29,757 nt of DNA. Source: Fonticula alba ATCC 38817. Lineage: Eukaryota; Protista; Nucleariida. Position 1 is the first letter of the stretch, and every line of letters starts with the position of its first letter. The notes beneath the pieces were generated by a model that worked only from the letters and a program-made list of their open reading frames with translations, had not been told where the DNA came from and ran no database searches. Positions 1 through 10,086 of this stretch are shown here, in pieces. The translations under genes and the position numbers were made by a program. Where the stretch lies: the NCBI GenBank assembly GCA_000388065.2, contig KB932205.1. One strand, 5' to 3'.

Positions 1-1235
1 CCACGCGCGGGTCCATGCCCCCCTCGAAGAAGCCGCGCCCTGGCCCCCGAAGCCACTGGCACGGTCCCCACGAGCGTCGACACGCATTGTCCGGGGACAA
101 ATGCCTTCCTTTCAAGCTTGACCTCATACGCACGCGTGCATCCACGTGTGCTCTTCCGATCTGGGTCCATGCCCCCCTCGAAGAAGCCGCGCCCTGGCCC
201 CCGAAGCCACTGGCACGGTCCCCACGAGCGTCGACACGCATTGTCCGGGGACAAATGCCTTCCTTTCAAGCTTGACCTCATACGCACGCGTGCATCCTCC
301 TCCGGCTCGCCCGAGCGCCCCTCCCCCTTCCGCAGAGCCGGCCGTCCCTCCCCGACCTGACCCCCTCGTCCTGCCCTTCTCTCTCTCTCTCTCTTTCCGT
401 AGCGTGCGCACGTTCGCGGGTGTTCACGGAAAAATGCCGCCCGCCGTGGGCGAAGGGAAAAGCGCCGGGCACAGTGTGACCTGAGCATCACGGGTGAGAT
501 AAACCCACTCAGTTACGAAGGTGCGGACGCCACCCTTCCGATTAAGGGCCGGCACTGCAGATCGGAAGAGCGTCGTGTAGGGCGCGGGTGTTCACGGAAA
601 AATGCCGCCCGCCGTGGGCGAAGGGAAAAGCGCCGGGCACAGTGTGACCTGAGCATCACGGGTGAGATAAACCCACTCAGTTACGAAGGTGCGGACGCCA
701 CCCTTCCGATTAAGGGCCGGCACTGCGCGGGGGAGCGCGGCCACGGGGAACGGCGGACGAGGACAACGCCCACGGGAGGAGCGCTCCTGGAGGGGGCCCC
801 CAGCAGCAGAGTCCGGCCCCCCCCCCCCCCACCGTGCCAAGTACGCGGCCGCACACAAGGTGGCAGAGCGCCACGAGAGAAGGTATTTGTATATTTTCTG
901 AGAGGGGAGAGAAACAGAGAGAGAGAAGGGGATTGTCCCACCATGGTGCGCGATGGTACGGAGAGAATGTGCCCTCTTCTTCAAGGGGGGAACGTGTGCT
1001 CTTCCGATCTCCCCCCCCACCGTGCCAAGTACGCGGCCGCACACAAGGTGGCAGAGCGCCACGAGAGAAGGTATTTGTATATTTTCTGAGAGGGGAGAGA
1101 AACAGAGAGAGAGAAGGGGATTGTCCCACCATGGTGCGCGATGGTACGGAGAGAATGTGCCCTCTTCTTCAAGGGGGGAGAGGATGGAGAGAGGGGAGGC
1201 ACACACACACACGCAGAGGCACGCACGCACCGTGA
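1..1235 (+). CDS. Possible 3' fragment of an unidentified spliced gene entering from the left edge
   Basis: After removing the duplications, frame 1 reads ...ALAPEATGTVPTSVDTHCPGTNAFLSSLTSYAR with GC3-rich codons. A possible weak donor GTGCAT at 290 is followed by a strong CTGAC branch, (CT)n tract and TAG acceptor at 400-402. The next exon continues in phase 0 (RAHVRG...QCDLSITGEINPLSYEG...). No family recognised. Confidence 0.2.
9..297. repeat. Artefactual 135-bp direct duplication (9-143 and 163-297) joined by Illumina adapter
   Basis: Two identical copies flank ACGTGTGCTCTTCCGATCT at 144-162, the 3' end of the TruSeq read-2 primer sequence. Confidence 0.95.
415..726. repeat. Artefactual 144-bp direct duplication (415-558 and 583-726) joined by Illumina adapter
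   Basis: Two identical copies flank AGATCGGAAGAGCGTCGTGTAGGG at 559-582, a 24-nt match to the TruSeq adapter. Confidence 0.95.
823..1179. repeat. Artefactual 169-bp direct duplication (823-991 and 1011-1179) joined by Illumina adapter
   Basis: Two identical copies flank ACGTGTGCTCTTCCGATCT at 992-1010. Confidence 0.95.
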
Positions 1236-1555
1236 TGGACGCGCGCGCACAGGTGGAGGGAGAGAGGGGGAGGGACCATGGGTGTGTCAACTGATGAGGA
1301 CCCGCCTCGCCCCCTCACAGGCGGGCGAGATATGTGCGGAGGCCCACGCGCGTGAATCGGCCGTCCCTCCCCCCCTCCCCGGTGCCCGGGCTGGCTGCCC
1401 CCCCCCCCCTCCGAGATGGAGGAAGAGAGAGAAAGAGGAACCATAGGGCCGGCAGAGGGATGGGGAGGAGAGCGACCGACACACGCACATACACATACAC
1501 ATGCACACACACGCATCGAGAGAAGGGAAAGATACTCAAGGAAGGTCTAGGGCGG

Positions 1556-1599
1556 GCGCGCACACGCGCGCGCGCGCGCGCGCGGGGGGGGGGGGGGGG
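1556..1599. repeat. Alternating purine-pyrimidine tract including (CG)10, followed by G16, downstream of CCT2
   Basis: Read directly: GCGCGCACAC(GC)n to 1584, then a G run at 1584-1599. Z-DNA potential is inference. Confidence 0.7.
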
Positions 1600-1727
1600 A
1601 TGGAGATGCACATAGCCACCAGGGGGTGCCCCTGCGTGTTTGTGCTTCTCGCACACGCACATACACCCCCGCGCGCGCGCGCGCGGGTGCACACACCGGA
1701 GAAGGGCCATATATCACAGACCGCCGC

Positions 1728-3761
1728 TTACTGCTCGCGACGGCGAGGAGCGCAGCGGATGATCTGGTCCACGCGGAGGATCATCTCGGCGGCCTCGGCG
1801 GCCGAGGTGAGCACGGCGCGCTTCATCTTGAGCGGCTCGCAAATGCCGAGGGCCTGCATGTCGCCCGGGCCGCCGACATTGATGTCGAGCCCGGCGCGGT
1901 GGTTGCCGAGGTTGTGCATGGCGCGCAGCTCCGACACGATGAGCGAGCTGTCGAAGCCGGCGTTGTCGGCCAGGATGGCCGGCATGCGGCGCAGGGCACG
2001 GGCAAAGGCCTCGGTGGCCAGGCTCTCCTTGCCGGAGGTGGTGGCAGCCGCCTCATCGACGGCCTTGGCCATGAGCATCTCCGAGGCACCGCCACCGAAG
2101 ACAACCGCGGTCTCGAGGACAGTCTGCGACAGGACGGCCAGGGCGTCGTGAATGGAGCGCTCCACCTCATCCAGCAGGGCCATGGTGGCACCGCGCAGGA
2201 CGATGGTGCAGGCCTCGCCGGCGGCACAGCCGCTGAAGCGGATCAGCTTGTCCTCGCCGATGATGACCTGGTCGATGAGACGGCACTCGCCGAGCTTCAC
2301 CTTGTCCGGGTTGTCGAAGGTGGAGGTGATCTCACCGCCGAGGACGGAGGCAAGGCGCTCGACACCGGAGAAGTCCGCATGCTCGACGGTCATGATGCCG
2401 GCGTCGCTGAACAGCTGCTCCGGCCAGTTGTAGACGAGCTGGCGATTGATGAAGCAGTTGATCCCGTGGGCCTTGATCTTCTCGACCTTCTCCTTCATCT
2501 TGTTCTGTGGGCGCGTGCGGGGGAGGGGGGATCTGTGTGTCAGTCGCGAGATCTCTCTCTCTCTCTCTGGGGGCGTGTGCCCTCATTGAATGAGGAGTGT
2601 TTGCAGAGGGGGAGAGGGGGGGGACGGTGTACGCACGCGCTCAGCCCGCTCAATCTCAGCCAGACCGGCGGTGCTGTCGACCTTGACACGGGCACCGAAG
2701 ACCTTGACCTTGTCGGTGTCCATGGCTGCGAGAGGGGAGGGGAGGGGAGAGAGGGCACACGGTGGTGGGGTGGAGGGGGATTAGCAAAGGTGGCCGGAGA
2801 AATGCCAAAGAGGGCGAGAGCACCGAGGAGGATCGCCAACGCCAGGAGAGGGCCCCCCCCCCCCCGGCCGGCCGGCCGGCCGCCGAAGGGGCATGCCAAG
2901 TCATCGAGGAAAAAAAAAGACGCACAGGTGTTGGCAATCAGGATCTTGGCATTCTCCAGGCGCAGAGGCTGGCCGACACCGATCTTCTTGTCGAGGATGA
3001 AGCCCTCGTCCAGGTAGGAGTCCTCCATGCGGCCACCGGGCTTCTTGATGATGTTGATGAGATCCAGGTTGGGGGTCCCCTTCAGGCGGAGGACGGCATC
3101 CACACAGAGCTGCGCGAAGTGGTCCTTCGACTGGGAGACAACCTTGGAGGAGAGGGTGGTCCGGGCGATGTTGAGCAGATCATTCTTGAAGGCAACGTCA
3201 TTCTCCCTGCGGACGGGGGGGGGGGAGGGAGGAGCATCAGCAGGGGCCAGCGCCGGAAGGAGAGGAGGAGCGGGTCAGCGTGTGCCATGCCACCGGGCGG
3301 GAGGAGCCAAAAACCGGGGGGGGGAGGGAAGAGCGGCAAGAAGGGGTGGGGCCATAAGGTGCGCTCGCGCGGGCGCGGACGCACTTGTTGTCGACGGCCG
3401 ACTCGGCGAGGGCCTTGCGCGCGGCGTGCACGGCCACACGGAAGCCGGAAACAATGGTCTGGGGGTGGATGCGGGCATGAACCAGCTGCTCGGCCTCACG
3501 GAGGAGCTCCGACGCCAGGACACACACGGAGGTGGTCCCGTCGCCGACCTCGTCGTCCTGGACCTTGGACAGCTCGACCAGGATCTTGGCGGCCGGGTTG
3601 TCCAGGTGGATGGACTTCAGGATGGTGGCACCGTCGTTGGTGATGACCGGCTCGGTGTTGGAGCCCATGTCGGAGAAGGACAGCAGGATCTTGTCCATGC
3701 CCTTGGGACCGAGGGTGCTCTTGACCAGGTCGCCGATGGCGATGGCGCCGACGAAGTTCGA
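1728..3761 (-). CDS. CCT2: T-complex protein 1 subunit beta (CCT-beta); 5'-partial, 4 visible exons
   Basis: Exons 3761-3385, 3206-2926, 2725-2637 and 2504-1728 total 1524 nt (507 aa plus stop), with GT-AG introns in matching phases. Motifs: [81 protein letters not shown], and C-terminal [15 protein letters not shown]. About 25 N-terminal residues are missing and probably lie in the 3863-4435 gap. Confidence 0.97.
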
Positions 3762-3862
3762 CTATGCGCGTGTCGCGGGCGGGTGTACCAAGAGGAGGGG
3801 GAGGAAGATGAGCAACGGCCGGACGGGGGCGGGGGAGAGGGGAAGAGTGGCATGTGCGCGGG

Positions 3863-4435
3863 NNNNNNNNNNNNNNNNNNNNNNNNNNNNNNNNNNNNNN
3901 NNNNNNNNNNNNNNNNNNNNNNNNNNNNNNNNNNNNNNNNNNNNNNNNNNNNNNNNNNNNNNNNNNNNNNNNNNNNNNNNNNNNNNNNNNNNNNNNNNNN
4001 NNNNNNNNNNNNNNNNNNNNNNNNNNNNNNNNNNNNNNNNNNNNNNNNNNNNNNNNNNNNNNNNNNNNNNNNNNNNNNNNNNNNNNNNNNNNNNNNNNNN
4101 NNNNNNNNNNNNNNNNNNNNNNNNNNNNNNNNNNNNNNNNNNNNNNNNNNNNNNNNNNNNNNNNNNNNNNNNNNNNNNNNNNNNNNNNNNNNNNNNNNNN
4201 NNNNNNNNNNNNNNNNNNNNNNNNNNNNNNNNNNNNNNNNNNNNNNNNNNNNNNNNNNNNNNNNNNNNNNNNNNNNNNNNNNNNNNNNNNNNNNNNNNNN
4301 NNNNNNNNNNNNNNNNNNNNNNNNNNNNNNNNNNNNNNNNNNNNNNNNNNNNNNNNNNNNNNNNNNNNNNNNNNNNNNNNNNNNNNNNNNNNNNNNNNNN
4401 NNNNNNNNNNNNNNNNNNNNNNNNNNNNNNNNNNN
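3863..4435. other. Assembly gap (573 N)
   Basis: Run of N. Confidence 1.
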
Positions 4436-5677
4436 GGGACCGGGCGTGTTGTTGCACGGGGCTACCCCGGAGGGGGCGACGAACAACAATGGCGGGGGGG
4501 GGAGGGAGGGGGAGGGGAAAGGAGAGAGTATCGAAAGATGAGTGAAGACTCTCGGGTAAGGCCCTAGCCAAAGGCCCTGGGGACGCCGGGCCGCACAGCC
4601 AAAAGCCCCCCCCCCTTCCCCCGGGACCGAGTGCCCTCTGGAGAGAATTGCTTCCTGGGTGGAAGGGAAAATGGACGGGACCCCGCGTGCTGGCCTCCAG
4701 GATGCATCCCCAGAGCGCGGGCGGCGGGGCGCGGGGCCGGGCGAGCCCCGGGACTCCCCCATTCACCGGGAGGCCCCTCCGGGCCTCAGCCGGGCAACGG
4801 CCCCCGTCGCGGTTGCTGATGCCATCACACCTTCGGGACGGCCGACAAGCCGCCCCTCCGCCACGGGCCTCCATCGGCTCTGTGACAACGGAAGAGGGAC
4901 AGGGGAAATGGGGAAAGACGCACCCCGCACACAACGGGGAGCCAGGCTGGCCCGGCCGCCCCCGCGAGCCATATCCTCCCTCCTCAACCCCTCCCCCACC
5001 CCGCGACGCCCAGTTCAGGTAAAAAATAAAACAGCGACCCCCCCCCCGCCCCCCGCCCCCCGCCCCCCAGAGGCTGGGCTAGAATATTCTCCCCCAGAAT
5101 GCCTGGCCCAGTCGCCGCCGCTCGGGCGCGCCGGTGTAAGATGCAGGGCAAATTCCACAATTCCTCGCGCAAAAGAGGGCGAGGCCCGGCTGGCTCTTCC
5201 CCCGCCCGGACGACCGCTTCTTGCCCGGCGGCCCGGGAGAGCGCATGAGCCTTCCCCACCCCCGCCCCCCCCACCGGCCCCCGGCATGAGGGTCGGTTCT
5301 GATCGTGTAGATCCCGCCATTGGAATGTGTTGCCCGGGCCGAAACGCCATTCCCGCGTATACCAATCGACAGAGGCTGCCCGTGGGCGGGTAATTTGTCT
5401 AGGTGTAATGGAGAAGGGCAAGTGCCAACGGGGAGACGAGGCCTCCCCCCGTCGGGGCAGGGCCCCGGCCCTTGCCCGGCGGCGTCTTCCCCCGGAACAG
5501 AGAGGGCGAAGGAAGGGAGGCAGAGAAAGGGCCAACAGGAGGGGGGCAAAAGGGGAAGGGAGGGGGGAAAAAAAGATCAGGGGGGATGGTCCTGGCCGGG
5601 TGCGGCGCAACGCAACAATCAGCCATGCAGGCTCTCGCGCGCCGGCACACACACACACACACATCCACGCGCAGCCA

Positions 5678-8600
5678 TCAGCGCTTGTGGAAGGCGCCCT
5701 GGCGGAAGGCCCCGCCGCCGCGACTCTTGCCGGCAGCACCATGGCGGTGGCCGCCGTGGCCGCCGCCGCGACCACCACGACCGCCGCCGCGGCCCCCACC
5801 GCGGGGCCCATTGTGGCCGGCACCGCCACGGTTATGGTGGTGCCCGGCTGGCTGGTCCTTGCGCTTGTTGTAGAAGTCCTGGAAGAGCTTGGCCCGGTCC
5901 GGGGCATTGGAGCCCGTCCCGGCGGCCGAGAGGCTGATGCCGGCACGCTCCAGAAGCTTGGCGTCGGCCTCCTCCTGCTCGCGGCGGAGCTTCTTCTTCT
6001 GGTTGGCCGTCAGGCGCGGCTTATCCATGAAGGTGTCCGCCTCGGCCTGGGGCTTGTAGCGGATGTCGTGCTCCTGCATCCGGGCGGCCTTGGAGAAGTC
6101 GGCCTGCAGCCGCTTGTGGCTGGCCTCATCATCGCTGTTGCCATGCTCCAGATCCCACGAGGCAACTGTCCGCCCGATGGGGGGGGGGGGGGGGGAGGCA
6201 TGCCGGTCAATGGGTGGCCCAGGGCCGGGCAAAGCAGGCGGGTCAGTTTCCCCGTCGGGCGAGAAATGCGCATCGGGCCGAGAGGAGCCACACAAAAGGA
6301 AGGGACAGCCGAGGGCGAGAGGAACACCGGCTGCCCGGGCACATGTGAGAGAGAGGGGGGGAGGGGGGGGGGGGGTCGCAGCACGCACCGTTCATCCGCT
6401 CGCCACGACCAAGGGAGCGCGGGTCGAAGCTGCCCCCGCGCGTGGCCACCTTCAGGCCGGACTTCTTGCCGGTCACCGCGGCCAGGTGCTGCTTCAGGGA
6501 GGACTTGCCGGCTGCCGTCCGGGGAGAGGGCGCCGCCCCGCGAGCCAAAGGAGTGGTCACATCGGCATCAGAGTCGGAGTCAGACCCGGAGGAGGCCGAG
6601 CTCCCGGCATCCCGGTCGCTCGCATCATCCTCCAGGCGACGCGTCTGGACCTCATGCAGGCGGCCCTCCAGGGAGTTGTCCTCGAAGGAGACCGTGGTGG
6701 TCCCGGCAACATGGTGCTTGGTGGACCCGGCCGGCCCGGAGAAGGCCGACGGGATCAAGTGGTAGCCCAGGGCCTGGCCGGTCTCGATGGCGGTGCTCGG
6801 CCGACCGGTGGTCACCAGCCACTGGCATGTGGAGGTGACCTTCTCATCGGAAGCGGCCTGGACCAGCGGGGCCGTCGGGACGGGCATCGGCACGGGGACC
6901 ACCTCCACCTTGGGAGCCGGCTTGCTCGGGGGAGGCGTGGTGCCCTGCGGTCAAGTGCGGTCAGTGACCCATCCGCCGATGAGGCCCGGTGGCCGCCGGC
7001 AACAAGAAGCACAGGGGAGGCAGGCGGGCCGCGGGGGATGACGCCGGGCGCACCTTGCGAATGTAGAAAAGCATGTACGCCCGCTGGGCCAGGACCTTCT
7101 CCTTCGAGGAGGAGCTGACATGCGAGTCATCCATGAGGTTCCAGATGCCCGCCGGGGACTTGACAAAGGAGTAGTAGTGGCCGCTGGTGGTCGAGTGGCC
7201 GGCATGGACGAGCACACCGTAGAGGGTGTACTTGGACAGGAACGACCCGGCCGGCGGGGGCTGGCTCATGAACTTGGCGATGTCCAGCTCGTCATCGAAC
7301 TCCACGTGCTTGGTGATCTTCGGCGCGTAGCCGAACATGCCGGACAGGCCGCCAAACTCGCCGAAGCGCTTCAGGTGGATGGTCAGCACGCTGGGCGGCT
7401 TGTCGATGGTGAGCCGGCGCTCGGCGTCCACCTTCTGGTTGCACCTGGCCGAGTGGCAACCGGCCGTGGAAATGGTGTTAGGCTTCCGGGCAGGGGTGGA
7501 GGGGCGGGAGCCAATGGGAGGGACCGACGCAGGAAAGATGCGGAAGGGGCACATACTTGTCGCAGTGGTACTTGTTGCTGCCGGACAGGTAGGTCGGCGC
7601 GGTGAAGGCCGCCAGCGCACGACGCACGGACGAGGCATTGTTGATGGCCAGCGACAGGTCCAGGATCGGGTCGAAGGTGTCGGAGTTCTCGCCGCACGCC
7701 TTGCAAGCGACCCGACTCCGGAGCGACCCACCGAAGATCTGGTGAATGGCCGTGGCGTTGTTGAGGGAATTGGACGTCAAGGCCTTGGTCCCGGGGGGGA
7801 GCATGCACTCGCTGAGCTTGTCGATGAAGTACCGCATGAACTCATGCGCGTCCTCCTGGCGACCGAACTGCATGTGTCGCGCAATGCCTGCACGGGAGGG
7901 GGGCGGGNNNNNNNNNNNNNNNNNNNNNNNNNNNNNNNNNNNNNNNNNNNNNNNNNNNNNNNNNNNNNNNNNNNNNNNNNNNNNNNNNNNNNNNNNNNNN
8001 NGGGGGGGGAGGAAGGTCAGAAACCCGGCGTGACCAGCGATGCCGGGTGGAGGCGCGCATGGCGGGCGACATACTCTTCAGCAGGCGGATGATCCGGTGC
8101 GGGGCCAGCGGCCGGCCGTGGATGCTGGCCGCCGGCAGGAACACCAGGCGCAGATGGTCACGCGTGGCACACGCCAGGCAGGCCGTGTTGCGACAATTCT
8201 CCGACCGGTGGGTGGCATTGTCGAGGAACAGCTGCGCCAGCGGGGCCGTGTAGGACAGGCACTGGAGGACACTGTTGAGGAAGCAGGTGTTGCCCAGGTT
8301 CGACAGGCCCGGGCCAATCCGGTGGCTCTTGCTCCAAACAAGCAGCTGATCCAGTCGGCCAAAGCGAATGGGGCCGGGGACAAAGTAGGGAGCCAGTGCG
8401 GCCGGCGGGTCAAGCGGGTGGCCGGAAGCGTCGGGGCCGGCCGGTCCGGAGGCCTCGGCCCCGCCGGCCTCGGCCCCGCCGGCCAGCGGTGCCACCGGCC
8501 GGTTGATGGGGGTGTAGTTGTGCGAATTCGGCGGGCTGTCCGGCATGAGGGCCTTGGCGAAGTTGTGCCGGCGCATCACATGGAGGACATTGTTTTGCAG

Positions 8601-8687
8601 CAGGTTGTCGAGCTTGCTGCCGGGCTCGCCGGCGATCGGGGAGACCGTGGCGCTAGCAGGCGCAGCAGCCAGGGCCGAGACGGACAT
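5678..8687 (-). CDS. USP36: Ubiquitin carboxyl-terminal hydrolase, USP36/USP42-like (peptidase C19), 792 aa, with RGG-rich C-terminus
   Basis: Exons 8687-8075, 7887-7557, 7444-7054, 6944-6389 and 6165-5678 total 2379 nt with consistent phases. ATG lies in gccgccATG context. Cys box GLSNLGNTCFLNSVLQCLSYTAPL; IARHMQFGRQEDAHEF; IFGGSLRSRVACKAC; YHCDKC; LTIHLKRF; His box VLVHAGHSTTSGHYYSFVK; MDDSHV; AYMLFYIR. These closely follow USP36/42 as recalled. The USP36 versus USP42 label is not resolvable here. Confidence 0.92.
7908..8001. other. Assembly gap (94 N) inside USP intron 7888-8074
   Basis: Run of N between donor GTATGT (8074) and acceptor CAG (7888). Confidence 1.
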
Positions 8688-9829
8688 GGCGGCGGGGGCG
8701 ACAGGGGGCACCTGGGATGGGGGAGGGAGGGACGAGAGGGGGGGCTGTTGGTGGTGCTGCGGTGGCGTGGGGGAAGGGGGGGAGGGGAGAAGGTGGCGGC
8801 GGTGCACCGGGAGGAGCGGGATGTCCGGCTGCCCGGGGGGGGAGCTGTGGTGAGGCTCGTCCGAGAGGGCGAACTCCGGCAGGGTGATGTATGCGAAGAA
8901 AAGATCCAGCAGGAGTCTGGCGCAGAGGACTGTAGAGAGGAGCGAGTAGATCGCGCGCGCAGCGAAGTGTGCGCGGCGCTTGACACGATCCCGAAGGCGC
9001 ACTATGGTACTCCCTCTCTCTGGATGTGGCGGAGGGGGGCGTGGAGCGGAAGGGCCGGGGGGGGGGAGGGCAAGAGGGGAGAGCGAGCTTGGGGAGGGGA
9101 GGGCAGGGAGAAGGAAGGAGAGAGGAGGGAGGAGGGGGGGGGGACGAAGGAGAGGGGGGATACACACGCAGATGTAGGCAGGCAAAGAAAACAGCGGGGG
9201 GGGGGGGGGGGCGAGACCGGCGAGTGGCAGTGTGATCCCGGCGCCGGGCCGCCCGGACGGGGAACGAGATCTGGTGGCTCTTTTTGCCCGGCGGGGCAGG
9301 GCCCGGCCGGGCAGGGCAGATTGCGCGCGAAGGGGGCAAAGGCGCGCGCGCGCACGCGCGTGCACACGCGCGGGTGCTCGCGCCGCGAGCCATGCGCCTT
9401 CCCGGGGGGTCTGTGTGTGCACGCGCCGGCCAGGCCCCGCCCGCGGCCGGAGGGACAGGATGCCAGGGCCGGGCCCGGCGCACGCCGTCCCTGGCGGGCC
9501 GGGAGAGAAACCCGGCCCGCAGGCAGCAGGGGGGGGGGGGATGTCAACCCCGGGCATTCGAGACGGCAGTTGCCCGGCGAAGATGAAAGTGATGGGCCCC
9601 CCAGCATCACGGTGGGAAAACCCGGCCCGCACGCGGTGTTTGCGCCTCGGGGCCGGGTCCAACGAGCCGCGGGTGTCCAGTTCAGTGGCAGTTAGGGGCC
9701 GGGTGCCGTGTGCGCGCGCTGGCGGGCCGGCCGCCAGGCAGCCGGGCCCAAAGTCTGCGGCCCTCTCCCCCTCTCCCTCTCCGCCGCTCCGGTGCGTGTG
9801 TATATGTATTTTTTTCTTCTAAATGTGCA

Positions 9830-9835
9830 TTTATT
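9830..9835 (-). terminator. Candidate polyadenylation signal AATAAA for the 10087-11721 gene
   Basis: TTTATT on the plus strand, in an AT-rich patch about 250 nt downstream of the stop codon. Confidence 0.4.
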
Positions 9836-10057
9836 GCTCGTTGACACCCTCGGCAAGTTGGGCCCCTCTCGTTCAGGCCGGCCAGGGCGCGGTGAAGACT
9901 CAAGCCGTATTTGTGGCAGCATGCCACCCAAAAGCGGGGCGGGAGGAACGGCGTGGGGCGGGCGGGGGGGGGGGGGGGGGGGGGGGGCCCCAACCCCCAT
10001 GTGTGCAGGACATGTGCGACGGCCGCGAACAAGAGCGCGGGGCCGGGCCTGGGATCG

Positions 10058-10074
10058 GTCACGTGTCACGTCAC
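10058..10074. promoter_or_regulatory. Candidate E-box/CRE-like cluster GTCACGTGTCACGTCAC upstream of the USP gene
   Basis: Contains the CACGTG palindrome at 10060-10065 and an overlapping TGACGTGAC on the minus strand. Function is inferred only. Confidence 0.3.
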
Positions 10075-10086
10075 TGGCGCACAGGA

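Noticed and set aside
9-1179. Direct repeats with short spacers as a CRISPR-like array, LTRs or target-site duplications
   Set aside because: The spacers are exact Illumina adapter sequences and the repeat units are unrelated to each other. No transposase, RT or cas genes are present.
1626-3017. 463-aa plus-strand ORF and similar long ORFs opposite CCT2
   Set aside because: Antisense shadow of a strongly GC3-biased gene. It runs through CCT2 introns and has no recognisable motif.
5025-5030. AATAAA on the plus strand
   Set aside because: No plus-strand gene ends nearby; both flanking genes are on the minus strand.
5081-5100. AGAATATTCT palindrome as a heat-shock element upstream of CCT2
   Set aside because: Only two nGAAn units, and the third AGAAT at 5096 is in the wrong orientation for a gap-type element. 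The CCT2 start site is unknown.
8040-9695. 551-aa plus-strand ORF
   Set aside because: Antisense to the USP gene and its GC-rich 5' region; low complexity and no family signal.
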